Below, piece by piece: positions 28,044 to 37,898 of a stretch of DNA of 64,000 nt. The notes beneath the pieces are model-generated. The model saw nothing but the letters and a program-made list of their open reading frames with translations. It was not told the DNA's origin and did not search any database. Both the position numbers and the translations under genes were made by a program. Each line of letters begins with the position of its first letter. Position 1 is the stretch's first letter. The stretch is from a virus: the IMG/VR virus record IMGVR_UViG_3300028394_000035, one strand, 5' to 3'.

Positions 28044-28969
28044 AAAGAAAAATTATTTTTTGGGTAGAAAATAAACCATATCAAACTTTTTCTTACATCT
28101 ATATTGGAATGAGGAAAGCATTCGAAAAGTTTGGATATGAAACTTATTGGTTTAGTGATGAATTTTTCCCATCACAAACTGAGTTTGATTATTCCAATTC
28201 TGTGTTTTTTATAGACAATCAAGGACCACTTGATTGGAATGTTCCTATTATTGATAGTGGAATTTACTTTGCCTATGATAAATTTACTAATGTTAATAAG
28301 TATCTCGATAAAGTCAAATGTTTGATAAACTATCGTGTTGCTGAATTTAAAAAACCAATCCCTGATGATGATCGTTATGTTGAAATTGAAAAGGGAGTAG
28401 TATTTGATACTCAAGCAACAGAACCATATAATGTTGTTTATATTAGTTGGGCTACAAATTTGATGCCTGAAGAAATTGATTTTGATTGGGTAAACAAAGA
28501 ACGTAATAATGAATATAATTTTGTAGGAACTATTCATGCTCCTAGACTAAATGCAGAACCTCTGCATCAACAGTTTATTGAAATTGTAAAAAATAAAGGA
28601 ATTCCATTCAATCATTATGATCCAAATGTAAATCCTGCTACAGATAAGGATCACATCAGCATACTTCAAAAGTCGATGTTTGTTCCAGATTTTAGGCCAC
28701 AAGAACAAAAAGAAAATTGGTATGTTCCTTGTAGAATTTTAAAAGCAATTAGTTATGGTTGTCTCGCAGTTTCTGACTCACCATATTTGAAACATTTTAT
28801 TGATGATAGTATTCTTACATCGGAAAATTCACAAGAAATTTTTGATATTGGAATTAAAAATCAAAATAACAAAGAATTAATTCTTCATCAAATGGAGATA
28901 ATCAAAAAAGAACATACATATTTGAATAGAGTTAAAGGTATTATAAAAATCATAGAAAAAATAATATAA
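28040..28969 (+). CDS. Putative glycosyltransferase (CgeB/YkvP-like C-terminal domain)
   Basis: [24 protein letters not shown]. Confidence 0.65.
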   Translation: MKRKIIFWVENKPYQTFSYIYIGMRKAFEKFGYETYWFSDEFFPSQTEFDYSNSVFFIDNQGPLDWNVPIIDSGIYFAYDKFTNVNKYLDKVKCLINYRVAEFKKPIPDDDRYVEIEKGVVFDTQATEPYNVVYISWATNLMPEEIDFDWVNKERNNEYNFVGTIHAPRLNAEPLHQQFIEIVKNKGIPFNHYDPNVNPATDKDHISILQKSMFVPDFRPQEQKENWYVPCRILKAISYGCLAVSDSPYLKHFIDDSILTSENSQEIFDIGIKNQNNKELILHQMEIIKKEHTYLNRVKGIIKIIEKII

Positions 28970-28970
28970 C

Positions 28971-29819
28971 ATGAAAATAACTATTCTTGGATCTAGTGGA
29001 CAAATTGGAGACTACCTAACAGAATACCTTAGAGATAAAGGTCATCATGTTTATGAATTTGATAAAGATAAAAATCCTAGTCATGATATGACTAGGATCC
29101 CTAATCAATATCTTGAAGATGTAATTGAGAATGCAGATTTTGTTTTTTTCCTTGCATTTGATGTTGGTGGTTCTCGTTATCTTAAAAAATATCAACATAC
29201 TTTCCAGTTTATTGATAACAACACTCGTTTGATGGCAAATGCATTTGGTCTTCTTAAAAAATATAATAAAAGATTTATTTTTGCATCATCTCAGATGAGT
29301 AATATGAGTCATTCTCCTTATGGAGTACTTAAGAATGTTGGAGAACTTTATACCAAATCACTCAAAGGACTTATCGTTAAGTTCTGGAATGTGTATGGAA
29401 TTGAAAAAGATCAAGAGAAAGCACACGTCATCACAGATTTTATTCGTAAAGGATTTGAAACTGGTGTAATTGATATGCTTACTGACGGACAAGAAGAACG
29501 TGAGTTTCTTTATGCTGAAGATTGTTGTGAAGCACTTGAAGCAATTATGAATAATTATAATGATTTTACATCAGAAGATAATCTTCACATTACAAGTTAT
29601 CATCCAACTAGTATTTTAGATATTGCCCATATTATTAAGGGTCAATTTAATTTGATCGGTAAGCATGATGTGAAATTGCAACCATCTACTGAAAAGGACA
29701 GTGTTCAGATGGATAAAAAAAATCGTCCAGACATGTATCTATCTAAATGGTGGATTCCAAAAACCACAATTGAAAATGGAATTGCTAAAGTATTTGAGGT
29801 AATGAAAAATGATTGGTAA
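28971..29819 (+). CDS. NAD-dependent epimerase/dehydratase
   Basis: GSSGQIG, FASS, YGVLK (YxxxK), REFLYAED. Confidence 0.88.
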   Translation: MKITILGSSGQIGDYLTEYLRDKGHHVYEFDKDKNPSHDMTRIPNQYLEDVIENADFVFFLAFDVGGSRYLKKYQHTFQFIDNNTRLMANAFGLLKKYNKRFIFASSQMSNMSHSPYGVLKNVGELYTKSLKGLIVKFWNVYGIEKDQEKAHVITDFIRKGFETGVIDMLTDGQEEREFLYAEDCCEALEAIMNNYNDFTSEDNLHITSYHPTSILDIAHIIKGQFNLIGKHDVKLQPSTEKDSVQMDKKNRPDMYLSKWWIPKTTIENGIAKVFEVMKNDW

Positions 29820-30663
29820 TAATTTTATTGGGACACTTGGAAGATTGGGCAATCAAATGTTCCAATATGCAGCATTAAAGGGAATTGCATCAAATTGCGG
29901 ATTGGAATATACTATTCCACCACAACATAATGAATATCAAATTGATAATTATGGTTTGCTTGAATGTTTTGAGTTAACTACCAATCAAAAAATTGGATTT
30001 ATTCAGACAGAAAAAGTAACTCAAGAAAGCCATTTTCATTTTGATGACTATTTGTTTAATAATTGTCCAGATAATGTTTCTTTGTCTGGTTTTTTTCAAA
30101 CTGAAAAATATTTTCAAAAAATTAAAAATAAAATAAAAGAAGATTTTACATTTAAGAAAGATTGGTTGGAACCTTCTCTTGAATTTATTTCTCAGTTTGA
30201 TGGAGAAGAAATTGGATTTATTCATGTTCGAAGAGGAGACCCAAATCTTACAGATAAACGTGGATTTAAATGGGCATATGTAAATCTTCAGGATCAACAT
30301 CCCGTTCAACCAATTGAATATTACGAAAAAGCAATACAAGAGTTTTCAAAAGATATGAAATTTCTTGTTTTTTCGGATTCGATTGATTGGGTTAAGGAGC
30401 AAGAATTTTTTAAAGATGAAAGATTTATGTTTTCTGAACCAGAACATAAACATGATGATGGGGCTCTGGTTCCATATATTGATTTGTGTTTGATGTCTTT
30501 ATGTTCTCATGCTATAATTGCAAATAGTAGTTTAAGTTGGTGGGGATCTTGGTTGCAAAAAAATCCAAATAAAAAAATTATAGCACCAAAAAAATGGTTT
30601 GGTTCGGCATACTCTCAGCATAATACAAAAGATTTATACTGTGAAAAATGGAAAATTATTTAA
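29809..30663 (+). CDS. Alpha-1,2-fucosyltransferase (GT11)
   Basis: GRLGNQMFQYA, GFFQTEKYF, HVRRGD, YYEKA, IIANSSLSWWG. Confidence 0.92.
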   Translation: MIGNNFIGTLGRLGNQMFQYAALKGIASNCGLEYTIPPQHNEYQIDNYGLLECFELTTNQKIGFIQTEKVTQESHFHFDDYLFNNCPDNVSLSGFFQTEKYFQKIKNKIKEDFTFKKDWLEPSLEFISQFDGEEIGFIHVRRGDPNLTDKRGFKWAYVNLQDQHPVQPIEYYEKAIQEFSKDMKFLVFSDSIDWVKEQEFFKDERFMFSEPEHKHDDGALVPYIDLCLMSLCSHAIIANSSLSWWGSWLQKNPNKKIIAPKKWFGSAYSQHNTKDLYCEKWKII

Positions 30664-31461
30664 ATGATTTATGTAACTGGTTCAAATGGATTAATAGGAA
30701 AACATTTAAATGCTAAAATTAAAATAAAACCAATATCATATAGAAATAATGTACCAAACATTATGTTTGCTTCTAATTCGACTTTGGTGCATCTTTCTTC
30801 ATCTACTACCCCAAGAAATACAACAAACGATATAGAGCAATCATTTTATAGTGATGTTTTTATTCCTTTACAAATATTTGAAAGTTATTTGAAGAATAAT
30901 CCTCATGGAAAAATTATATTATTATCTTCTGCTGGAGATCTTCACAGTTCAATAACTGATGAAATAACCAATGAAAATTCTACTCCAAATCCAAAATCTG
31001 TATATGGAGCACATAAAATTCTTTTAGAAAATTATATAAATTTATTACATAAAAAATATTCATTTACTAGTATTGCATTTAGAGTTAGTAATGTTTATTC
31101 CGGAAAAGCATCCAATAATCGAGTGAATGGATTAATTGATAAACTATTAACAGCAGAAGAAAAGGTAGAAATTTATATCAATCTTAATACTGTTATTGAT
31201 GTTATTCATGTTGAAGATTTGATTGAACTTATACTAAAAACTATTCATAAAAAAATGGATACAAAACATTTTACATTTTTGGTTGGTAATGAAAATTATA
31301 AAATTTGTGATATAATAGATATTATATCTTCTCTTAGAATTCTTGATATTTCAGTTAAAAAAAATAATCAAAAAACAACTTGTGTAAATTTAGATTGTAC
31401 AAAAGTTAAAGAATATTTTTCTTGGTCTTGTCAACATTTTTTAAAAGATTTAAAAATTTGA
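30664..31461 (+). CDS. NAD-dependent epimerase/dehydratase
   Basis: GSNGLIG, LSSAG, YGAHK, RVSNVY, DVIHVED. Confidence 0.82.
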   Translation: MIYVTGSNGLIGKHLNAKIKIKPISYRNNVPNIMFASNSTLVHLSSSTTPRNTTNDIEQSFYSDVFIPLQIFESYLKNNPHGKIILLSSAGDLHSSITDEITNENSTPNPKSVYGAHKILLENYINLLHKKYSFTSIAFRVSNVYSGKASNNRVNGLIDKLLTAEEKVEIYINLNTVIDVIHVEDLIELILKTIHKKMDTKHFTFLVGNENYKICDIIDIISSLRILDISVKKNNQKTTCVNLDCTKVKEYFSWSCQHFLKDLKI

Positions 31462-31470
31462 GGTTTATTA

Positions 31471-32211
31471 ATGACTATTGCAATAACTTTTTGGGGAACA
31501 CAAAAATACTTAAACTTTTTTTCAAATTGGTATGATTCTATTGAAGAAAATTTTATGCCAAATATAGATAAAAAGTATTTTGTTTTTACTGATGGTGAGT
31601 TTGATGGCGATGTTCCCAAAAACATTAAACTCGTAAATACCCCACATTATGGGTTTCCAGATACATTTTTTAAAACATTTGAAAAATTATTAGAAATCGA
31701 AAAAGAATGTGAAGATTGTGACTGGTTAGTTACAATTGATGCTGATATGATCGTACATAGTAAAGTTACATTTGAAGAATTTTTTGGTAATGATGAATCA
31801 AAAAAGTATCTTGGGGTTCATCATCCTTGTCATTATTTAAAAATGCCTCCTCACGATAGACTTCCTGGATGTTTTGATACTAATCAAAAATCAAATGCTT
31901 GCATCGAACCTGGAATGGATTTATCTATTTATTGGCAGACTTGTTTATGGGGCGGTAAAATTCCTTATGTGTTTAACATGATGCGTCAGATTGATTCTTG
32001 GACTAAAGATGATTTGTCGAAAAATGTAACTGCTAGATTTTATGAAGAAAGTTATATTAACAAATTTTATATTCTGAATAAAGGTGATGTAGTCACTCTT
32101 GGTCCAGAATTTGCATTTCCAGAATCATTTGAAAGGTTTTGCAATTTTGCTAAGAAAATTGTTCATATATCTAAAGACAATAAACAATATCACGAAAATC
32201 CTGAGTGGTAA
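31471..32211 (+). CDS. Family 6 glycosyltransferase (ABO/alpha-1,3-Gal/GalNAc-transferase-like)
   Basis: GTQKYLNF, YFVFTD, DAD (DXD), GVHHP, CLWGG, EESYINK. Confidence 0.85.
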   Translation: MTIAITFWGTQKYLNFFSNWYDSIEENFMPNIDKKYFVFTDGEFDGDVPKNIKLVNTPHYGFPDTFFKTFEKLLEIEKECEDCDWLVTIDADMIVHSKVTFEEFFGNDESKKYLGVHHPCHYLKMPPHDRLPGCFDTNQKSNACIEPGMDLSIYWQTCLWGGKIPYVFNMMRQIDSWTKDDLSKNVTARFYEESYINKFYILNKGDVVTLGPEFAFPESFERFCNFAKKIVHISKDNKQYHENPEW

Positions 32212-32213
32212 CT

Positions 32214-32978
32214 ATGAATAAAAATTTATCAATTTATTATCACATTTGGAGTCCACCAAATACTGATTTTTGGAAGTTAATGGTCGATGAACAACTTAAA
32301 AGAGTTTATCGATCTGGAATTTTAGATCAAGCAAGATTTTACTGTGCAATCAATGGTAAACAAGGACAAAGAATTGCAGAATTTGTTTCTCTTTATGATT
32401 GGGTTAGAATACTGGAAGTGTCGAATGATGATGATCAATATGAAGGATTTACTTTAAAACATCTTTATGAAGAGTGTTTGTATAATACAGATTTAAAAGT
32501 TCTTTATTTTCACACTAAGGGTATAAGTCATTTTGCTGGAGCAAGAGATCATTATTCTGATAGAAAATTTAGAGCTATCAATAGTTGGAGACACCAAATG
32601 GAATGGGGCGTAATTGATCGTTGGAGAGAATCAATAGAAAAACTTGACGAATATCAAGTTTCTGGTGTAAACTATTGTTTAGATCCTTGGCCGCATATGA
32701 GTGGCAACTTTTGGTGGTCAAAGTCATCTTATGTGAATACCTTACATCATCCGACCAATTGTTCTTTTTCTCAAGACTCTAAAGATTTTGGACCTATTCA
32801 AAGAATGAATTTTGAAAAATGGATTGGATTGAATAATCCAAAATGTTTTAGTTTTTATGATGCTCCATTCAGTTATGACCATAAAGAAATGGTCCCAGAT
32901 GTACAACCAACTCCTCCGGGTGAACCGAACTGGTTTTGGTTGTATAGAGACGACATTGAACCTTACTACAGAAAATAA
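32214..32978 (+). CDS. Glycan-cluster hypothetical protein
   Basis: YEGFTL..L, YFHTKG, HMSGNFWW, NFEKWIG; ATG at 32214. Confidence 0.65.
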   Translation: MNKNLSIYYHIWSPPNTDFWKLMVDEQLKRVYRSGILDQARFYCAINGKQGQRIAEFVSLYDWVRILEVSNDDDQYEGFTLKHLYEECLYNTDLKVLYFHTKGISHFAGARDHYSDRKFRAINSWRHQMEWGVIDRWRESIEKLDEYQVSGVNYCLDPWPHMSGNFWWSKSSYVNTLHHPTNCSFSQDSKDFGPIQRMNFEKWIGLNNPKCFSFYDAPFSYDHKEMVPDVQPTPPGEPNWFWLYRDDIEPYYRK

Positions 32979-32985
32979 AATTAAA

Positions 32986-33708
32986 ATGACTTTCGGATGT
33001 TTTCACACAGTATATAAAAATAAAAAAGCAACAGAATTTGTTCTTCAAGAATTTCGCAAATACTATCCAAATAATCCATATACTATTATTTGTGACGGAG
33101 GTATAGATTATTCAGATTTATGTAAAAAATATGATTGTAATTATGTACATTCTTATATGAGAATTGGTAGAAGAAATTGGGGAGATTCATCTGGAATTTA
33201 TGGATTCACAAAAGATGAAAGTCTTCATTGGTTGCATCATTTTAGAGAAGCAGCAAAGCATGTAAATAAAAATAATGGAACGCATATGATCATGATGGAG
33301 GACGATGTACTTACTCAAGGTGAAGTCAAAATTGATTCATCGTGGGAATGTGCTGGATTTGATGTTCCAGGAAATAAAATTTCTTTAACACTTTTGGAAC
33401 ATATTAAAATAAAATATGGTGCTAATCCGAATGTGGATTGGTATGGTGCTGGTGGTGGAAGTATATTTAATATAAAAACTTTTTTAGATAATTATCATAA
33501 AATATATGATTTTATTGATGATGATTTTGATTTAATACTTAATACTATGGATCATAGATTTGGATGGTTAGATCTTTATATGCAAATTATATATTTTATT
33601 TGCGGTAAAGATTATGTTATTAATACCAATTTAACTGAAACTTGGAAAACACCAGATTTTAAAAATTCTAATTTTTCTTTAGTTCATGCATATAAGGAGC
33701 TTTATTGA
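32986..33708 (+). CDS. Putative GT-A fold glycosyltransferase
   Basis: ICDGG, MMEDDV (DXD-like), WYGAGGGSIF; ATG at 32986. Confidence 0.6.
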   Translation: MTFGCFHTVYKNKKATEFVLQEFRKYYPNNPYTIICDGGIDYSDLCKKYDCNYVHSYMRIGRRNWGDSSGIYGFTKDESLHWLHHFREAAKHVNKNNGTHMIMMEDDVLTQGEVKIDSSWECAGFDVPGNKISLTLLEHIKIKYGANPNVDWYGAGGGSIFNIKTFLDNYHKIYDFIDDDFDLILNTMDHRFGWLDLYMQIIYFICGKDYVINTNLTETWKTPDFKNSNFSLVHAYKELY

Positions 33709-34670
33709 TGAAAATAGCATTAATTGGTCCAGGTCTTATGGAAATTCCAACTAACGGATGGGGCGCTGTTGAAATTTTAATTTGGGAATATGCAAAAGAA
33801 CTAGGTGAATTGGGTCATGATGGTGTAATTATCAATACTCCAGATATTGAAGAAATTATTGATTACTTTCGAGATGAACAATATGACATTATTCATTTGC
33901 ATTATGATATGTTTTATCACGTTTTAAATAAAATTAAAGAACTACAACCCAATGCAAAGATTGCAATTAGTAGTCATCATGCTTATATTGAACGACCAGA
34001 AATACACAATCGATATGGTTATGGTCCAGTCTTTGATTTTTTGGTAAAGAATAAAACGTATTATAACTTTTGCATCTCTCATAAAGATTATAATGCATTT
34101 AAAAATGCAGGTGCCGATGAGAGAAAATTAAGAATTTGTCAAAATGGTGCTAACCATAAAGAAATTTTATTTAAGAATATTTGCATCAAACCAAATAGAT
34201 CTCTTTATCTTGCTAAAATTGAATTAAGGAAAAGACAACATCTTTATCAATCTATTGATACTTTGGATTTTGTTGGTAGATATACAGATACTACATCATT
34301 TGATTCTAGTAAAAATTATCTTGGAGAGTGGGAACATCAATATAAATTGGACCATTTAACTGATTATGCAAATGTAGTTCTTTTATCTGATGGTGAGAAT
34401 GGAACACCTCTTTGTATTAAAGAAGGAATGATGGCAGGATTGGGTGTTGTATCGTCAAAATGGGCTGCACACGAACTTCCAAATGAACCATATATTACCG
34501 TGATTGATGATGACCATTGGAATGATATTGATTACGTATCTAGGGCAATAGACGAAAACAGAAAAATATCTGTTCAAATGAGAAAAGAAATTAGAGAATA
34601 TGCAGTCAATACTTTTTCTTGGGAAAGTCTAGTTAAACTTTACGAAAAAAATATTACAGAGTTGATATGA
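33708..34670 (+). CDS. GT4 (GT-B) glycosyltransferase
   Basis: GWGAVE, QNG, LLSDGENGTPLCIKEGMMAGL; TGATG coupling. Confidence 0.85.
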   Translation: MKIALIGPGLMEIPTNGWGAVEILIWEYAKELGELGHDGVIINTPDIEEIIDYFRDEQYDIIHLHYDMFYHVLNKIKELQPNAKIAISSHHAYIERPEIHNRYGYGPVFDFLVKNKTYYNFCISHKDYNAFKNAGADERKLRICQNGANHKEILFKNICIKPNRSLYLAKIELRKRQHLYQSIDTLDFVGRYTDTTSFDSSKNYLGEWEHQYKLDHLTDYANVVLLSDGENGTPLCIKEGMMAGLGVVSSKWAAHELPNEPYITVIDDDHWNDIDYVSRAIDENRKISVQMRKEIREYAVNTFSWESLVKLYEKNITELI

Positions 34671-35614
34671 AAATTACATTAGTTGGACCTGGTTTATCTC
34701 CTATTCCACCGACAGGGTGGGGTGCTGTTGAAATTCTTGTGTGGGAGATGAATCTTTCATATCAAAAAATGGGACATGATGTGCAGATTGTTAATAAGAC
34801 AGATCTTAATGATGCACTAAAAGAAATTAATTCATTTAATCCAGATTTTGTGCATATTCAGTATGATGATTATGTTGTTCTTTGTCCTCATTTGAGATTC
34901 CCAACAGCAATCACTACACATTATGGTTACTTGGGTAGACCACAATTGATTGGTGGATATTGGCAAAAACTTGCTTATTTCCCGATGATTCAACCTAATA
35001 TTTTTGCGCTATCTCAAGAAATTGCAACATTTTATTCAAACCTTGGCATTCCAAAAGAAAAGATTTTTGTAACACCCAACGGAGTAAACGCAGAAAACTT
35101 TAAGATAACTGATTATCCAGAACATTCCGACAAAAGTCTTTATCTTGCCAAAATTGTTGATAGAAAAAGGCAACATATGTTTCAGGACATATCCTCACTA
35201 TATTATGCTGGAAATATTGAAGATGGTAGATTTGATACTACCAAAAATTATCTTGGAGAGTGGGATAAGAAAGATTTGTATAACAACTTAACTCATTTTG
35301 CAAATCTTGTTCTTTTGAGTGATGGCGAAGCACACGCTCTTGTGTGCATGGAAGCTTTATCTGCTGGATTAGGATTAGTTATTTCTGAATGGGCATCTGC
35401 GAATTTGGATACTAACAAAGAATTTATTACGGTAATTCCTGAAGATAAAATAAACAATATAAATTTTATAGATAAAAAGATCAAAGAAAATAGAGAAGTA
35501 TCTTTAAAAAACAGAAAAAATATTGTAGAATATTCTAAACAATTTTATTGGGATACCATCCTACAAAAATATCATCTACCGTTTATGGAGAAAATAATTC
35601 GTGGACAAAAATAA
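34667..35614 (+). CDS. GT4 (GT-B) glycosyltransferase, paralog of the preceding gene
   Basis: GWGAVE, PNGV, LLSDGEAHALVCMEALSAGL. Confidence 0.85.
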   Translation: MKITLVGPGLSPIPPTGWGAVEILVWEMNLSYQKMGHDVQIVNKTDLNDALKEINSFNPDFVHIQYDDYVVLCPHLRFPTAITTHYGYLGRPQLIGGYWQKLAYFPMIQPNIFALSQEIATFYSNLGIPKEKIFVTPNGVNAENFKITDYPEHSDKSLYLAKIVDRKRQHMFQDISSLYYAGNIEDGRFDTTKNYLGEWDKKDLYNNLTHFANLVLLSDGEAHALVCMEALSAGLGLVISEWASANLDTNKEFITVIPEDKINNINFIDKKIKENREVSLKNRKNIVEYSKQFYWDTILQKYHLPFMEKIIRGQK

Positions 35615-36395
35615 ATCTTTATATAAATTAAAAGGAATTCCTTCAATTTTGTGGTTGAATCTTGATTCTGATACTAAACGCCGCGAATATATGGAAACCC
35701 AATTTAAGTATTGGGAAATAGAAAATCATACACGTATATCTGGTTACGATGGTAGAATTGAAGATGTAGCATTATATTTAAAGGGTTCTTATCCGGAAAA
35801 TATGATACAAAATGAAGTTGGGTGTTGCCTTTCACATTTAAAAGCAATTAAACATTTTTATGAAAATACCACAGAAGATTATATTTTAATTGTAGAAGAT
35901 GATATTGTTTTTGATATTTCTTGTTATTGGAATTTTACCTGGAAGGATTTTTTTTCTAAATTACCTTATGATTGGGACTGTGTGCAATTGACAACTATTT
36001 GTACTGGTAATATCCATATCAAACTTCATAATCATTTTATTAATGATTTCTCTGCTGCTGCATATTTAATCACAAGACATCATGCAGGAAAAATTATTAA
36101 AAATCATATTCGTGGCGAAAAATATAAACTTGACAATAAAGTAAAACCAAGAGCAGTTTCTGAAGATTTGATTTTTGGTTCTGGTAAAACATATACCATA
36201 CCATTATTTTTATATTCTTTGGATTTGAGTTCTTCTATACATCCAGAACATATTGATATATTTCATAAACAAAGTTATGATGCTCTTCTCAATTACTGGA
36301 AACAAAGTGGACCATATTTAAATATTGATGAATTGCTTGATTATGATCCGTACTTAGGAAAAATATCAGAACCAGAACCCCCACCTGAGGGTTGA
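35601..36395 (+). CDS. GT25 family glycosyltransferase
   Basis: WLNLDSD..RR, GYDG, EVGCCLSH, IVEDD, SAAAYLIT. Confidence 0.85.
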   Translation: MDKNKSLYKLKGIPSILWLNLDSDTKRREYMETQFKYWEIENHTRISGYDGRIEDVALYLKGSYPENMIQNEVGCCLSHLKAIKHFYENTTEDYILIVEDDIVFDISCYWNFTWKDFFSKLPYDWDCVQLTTICTGNIHIKLHNHFINDFSAAAYLITRHHAGKIIKNHIRGEKYKLDNKVKPRAVSEDLIFGSGKTYTIPLFLYSLDLSSSIHPEHIDIFHKQSYDALLNYWKQSGPYLNIDELLDYDPYLGKISEPEPPPEG

Positions 36396-36420
36396 CAAAA
36401 GTTTTACCCCATGCTACAAT
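36392..36420 (+). promoter_or_regulatory. Sigma70-type promoter
   Basis: TTGACA-17 nt-TACAAT with extended -10 TG. Confidence 0.8.
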
Positions 36421-36477
36421 AAATAGGTTCTTGAGATTCCTGAAAAATCTCTATTAACATTTCACAATAAAAAATTT

Positions 36478-37359
36478 ATGTTTATTCGTTCTTTAATTGC
36501 TGGTACTGTTGCTCTGACTGCGGTTGCTCCAGCATTTGCTGCTCCTGCCTTATCAGATGTACAACCAACTGACTGGGCATATGGAGCAATCCAAAATCTC
36601 AATGCTCGTTATGGATGTCTTGTTGGTTATCCTAATGGCACTCTGAAGCCTGCTGCTGATGCAACTCGCAGTGAAGTATTTGCTTTGACAAATCATTGTC
36701 TGGATAACATCACTCAATTTTACACACAAGCAGACGCACAACTTGCTGCATCTCTTCGTGCCCAAATTGGTGCCACCAATAAGCGTGTAACCACTCTTGA
36801 AGTTGCTGCTGTAACTGCAACACAACGTCGTCAGTTAGGCGTTGGTAACTATGGTGGTATTGCCTTTGCTGGCAATGCTGCTAACTATCCAGGTGTAACA
36901 CCATTGGGTAATCGTGTATATGAATCAGGTGTGACACTTCAAGGTCGTCTAAGGGCACTTGATTTGGGCAATCAGTATGCTATCTCTGCTCGTCCTTATG
37001 TAACCTTTACTTCCACTCCTAACTATGTAAGTGGTGGTGTATTTGGTGGTGGTCTTGCTACTCTTGATATTCCTCTTTCACGTAGGACTCTTGCCGATGG
37101 AACTAAAGTATCTGCTGCTAACCTCTATGTTGGCGCTGGTGGTCAGGTGGGTGGCAATCAAAGTGCTGGTGTCGGTGTAGTTGGTGCCGAAGTATCAGTA
37201 GCAAAGAACATTGTTCTATTTGCTGATGCCAAGATTCCTTTTGCTGAAACTGGCGCAGAAACCTTTGGTTCTACCAGAGTTGGTCGTGCCACTTATAACT
37301 ATGGCAGTGGTCAAGGTTACAATGTAACTGGAACCGTTGGCGTGGGTATCAAGTTCTAA
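36478..37359 (+). CDS. Outer-membrane protein: signal peptide, SLH domain, coiled coil, beta-barrel
   Basis: SDVQPTDWAYGAIQNL..RYGCLVGYPNG matches cyanobacterial porin SLH; alternating beta-strands; terminal GVGIKF. Confidence 0.82.
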   Translation: MFIRSLIAGTVALTAVAPAFAAPALSDVQPTDWAYGAIQNLNARYGCLVGYPNGTLKPAADATRSEVFALTNHCLDNITQFYTQADAQLAASLRAQIGATNKRVTTLEVAAVTATQRRQLGVGNYGGIAFAGNAANYPGVTPLGNRVYESGVTLQGRLRALDLGNQYAISARPYVTFTSTPNYVSGGVFGGGLATLDIPLSRRTLADGTKVSAANLYVGAGGQVGGNQSAGVGVVGAEVSVAKNIVLFADAKIPFAETGAETFGSTRVGRATYNYGSGQGYNVTGTVGVGIKF

Positions 37360-37366
37360 TTTTGGT

Positions 37367-37576
37367 ATGACGATCACAACCGAAGACGGCAATCGTCAAA
37401 ATATGTTTGCTGTCGAACCTAAAATGTACATTACGGAGAAAGACATGGAAGAACACGAACAAGAAACTTATGCTCAAAGGGCTGAGAAACTAAATGGGAG
37501 ATTAGCAATGCTGGGATTTGTAATTGCCGTTGGCACTTATTTGACAACTGGCCAAATACTTCCTGGAGTATTCTGA
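37367..37576 (+). CDS. hli: High-light-inducible protein
   Basis: AEKLNGRLAMLGF chlorophyll-binding motif; TTGQILPGVF; ATG at 37367. Confidence 0.95.
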   Translation: MTITTEDGNRQNMFAVEPKMYITEKDMEEHEQETYAQRAEKLNGRLAMLGFVIAVGTYLTTGQILPGVF

Positions 37577-37603
37577 AACCCTAACCTAACTATCCCTATA
37601 CAA

Positions 37604-37645
37604 AAAGACTCTGTTCTATATAAGAATGGAGTCTTTCCTCTTTTT
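37604..37645 (+). terminator. Terminator-like long hairpin
   Basis: AAAGACTC-TGTTCT...AGAATG-GAGTCTTT. Confidence 0.6.
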
Positions 37646-37810
37646 ATGCCAAAAAATCAATTGACCAAAGACGAACTTAAGTGTTGGGTATTAAAATTAA
37701 AGCACAATTTACACGAAGAAAAAATAACCCAATATACAGCAGACCCCAAAACATTAGCAAATTTATATTTGAATAAAGTTCTAGAAAAAATCAACGAATT
37801 CAGATACTAA
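37646..37810 (+). CDS. Small hypothetical protein (54 aa; not in ORF track)
   Basis: MPKNQLTKDELKCWVLKLKHNL...; clean ORF. Confidence 0.6.
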   Translation: MPKNQLTKDELKCWVLKLKHNLHEEKITQYTADPKTLANLYLNKVLEKINEFRY

Positions 37811-37898
37811 ATATGTACTACACAGAAACTTTATTATTTTTTTGTGTGAGTATTTGCCTTATAATTATAAAAATTGGTTACTTTAATGGAGACAAAAA

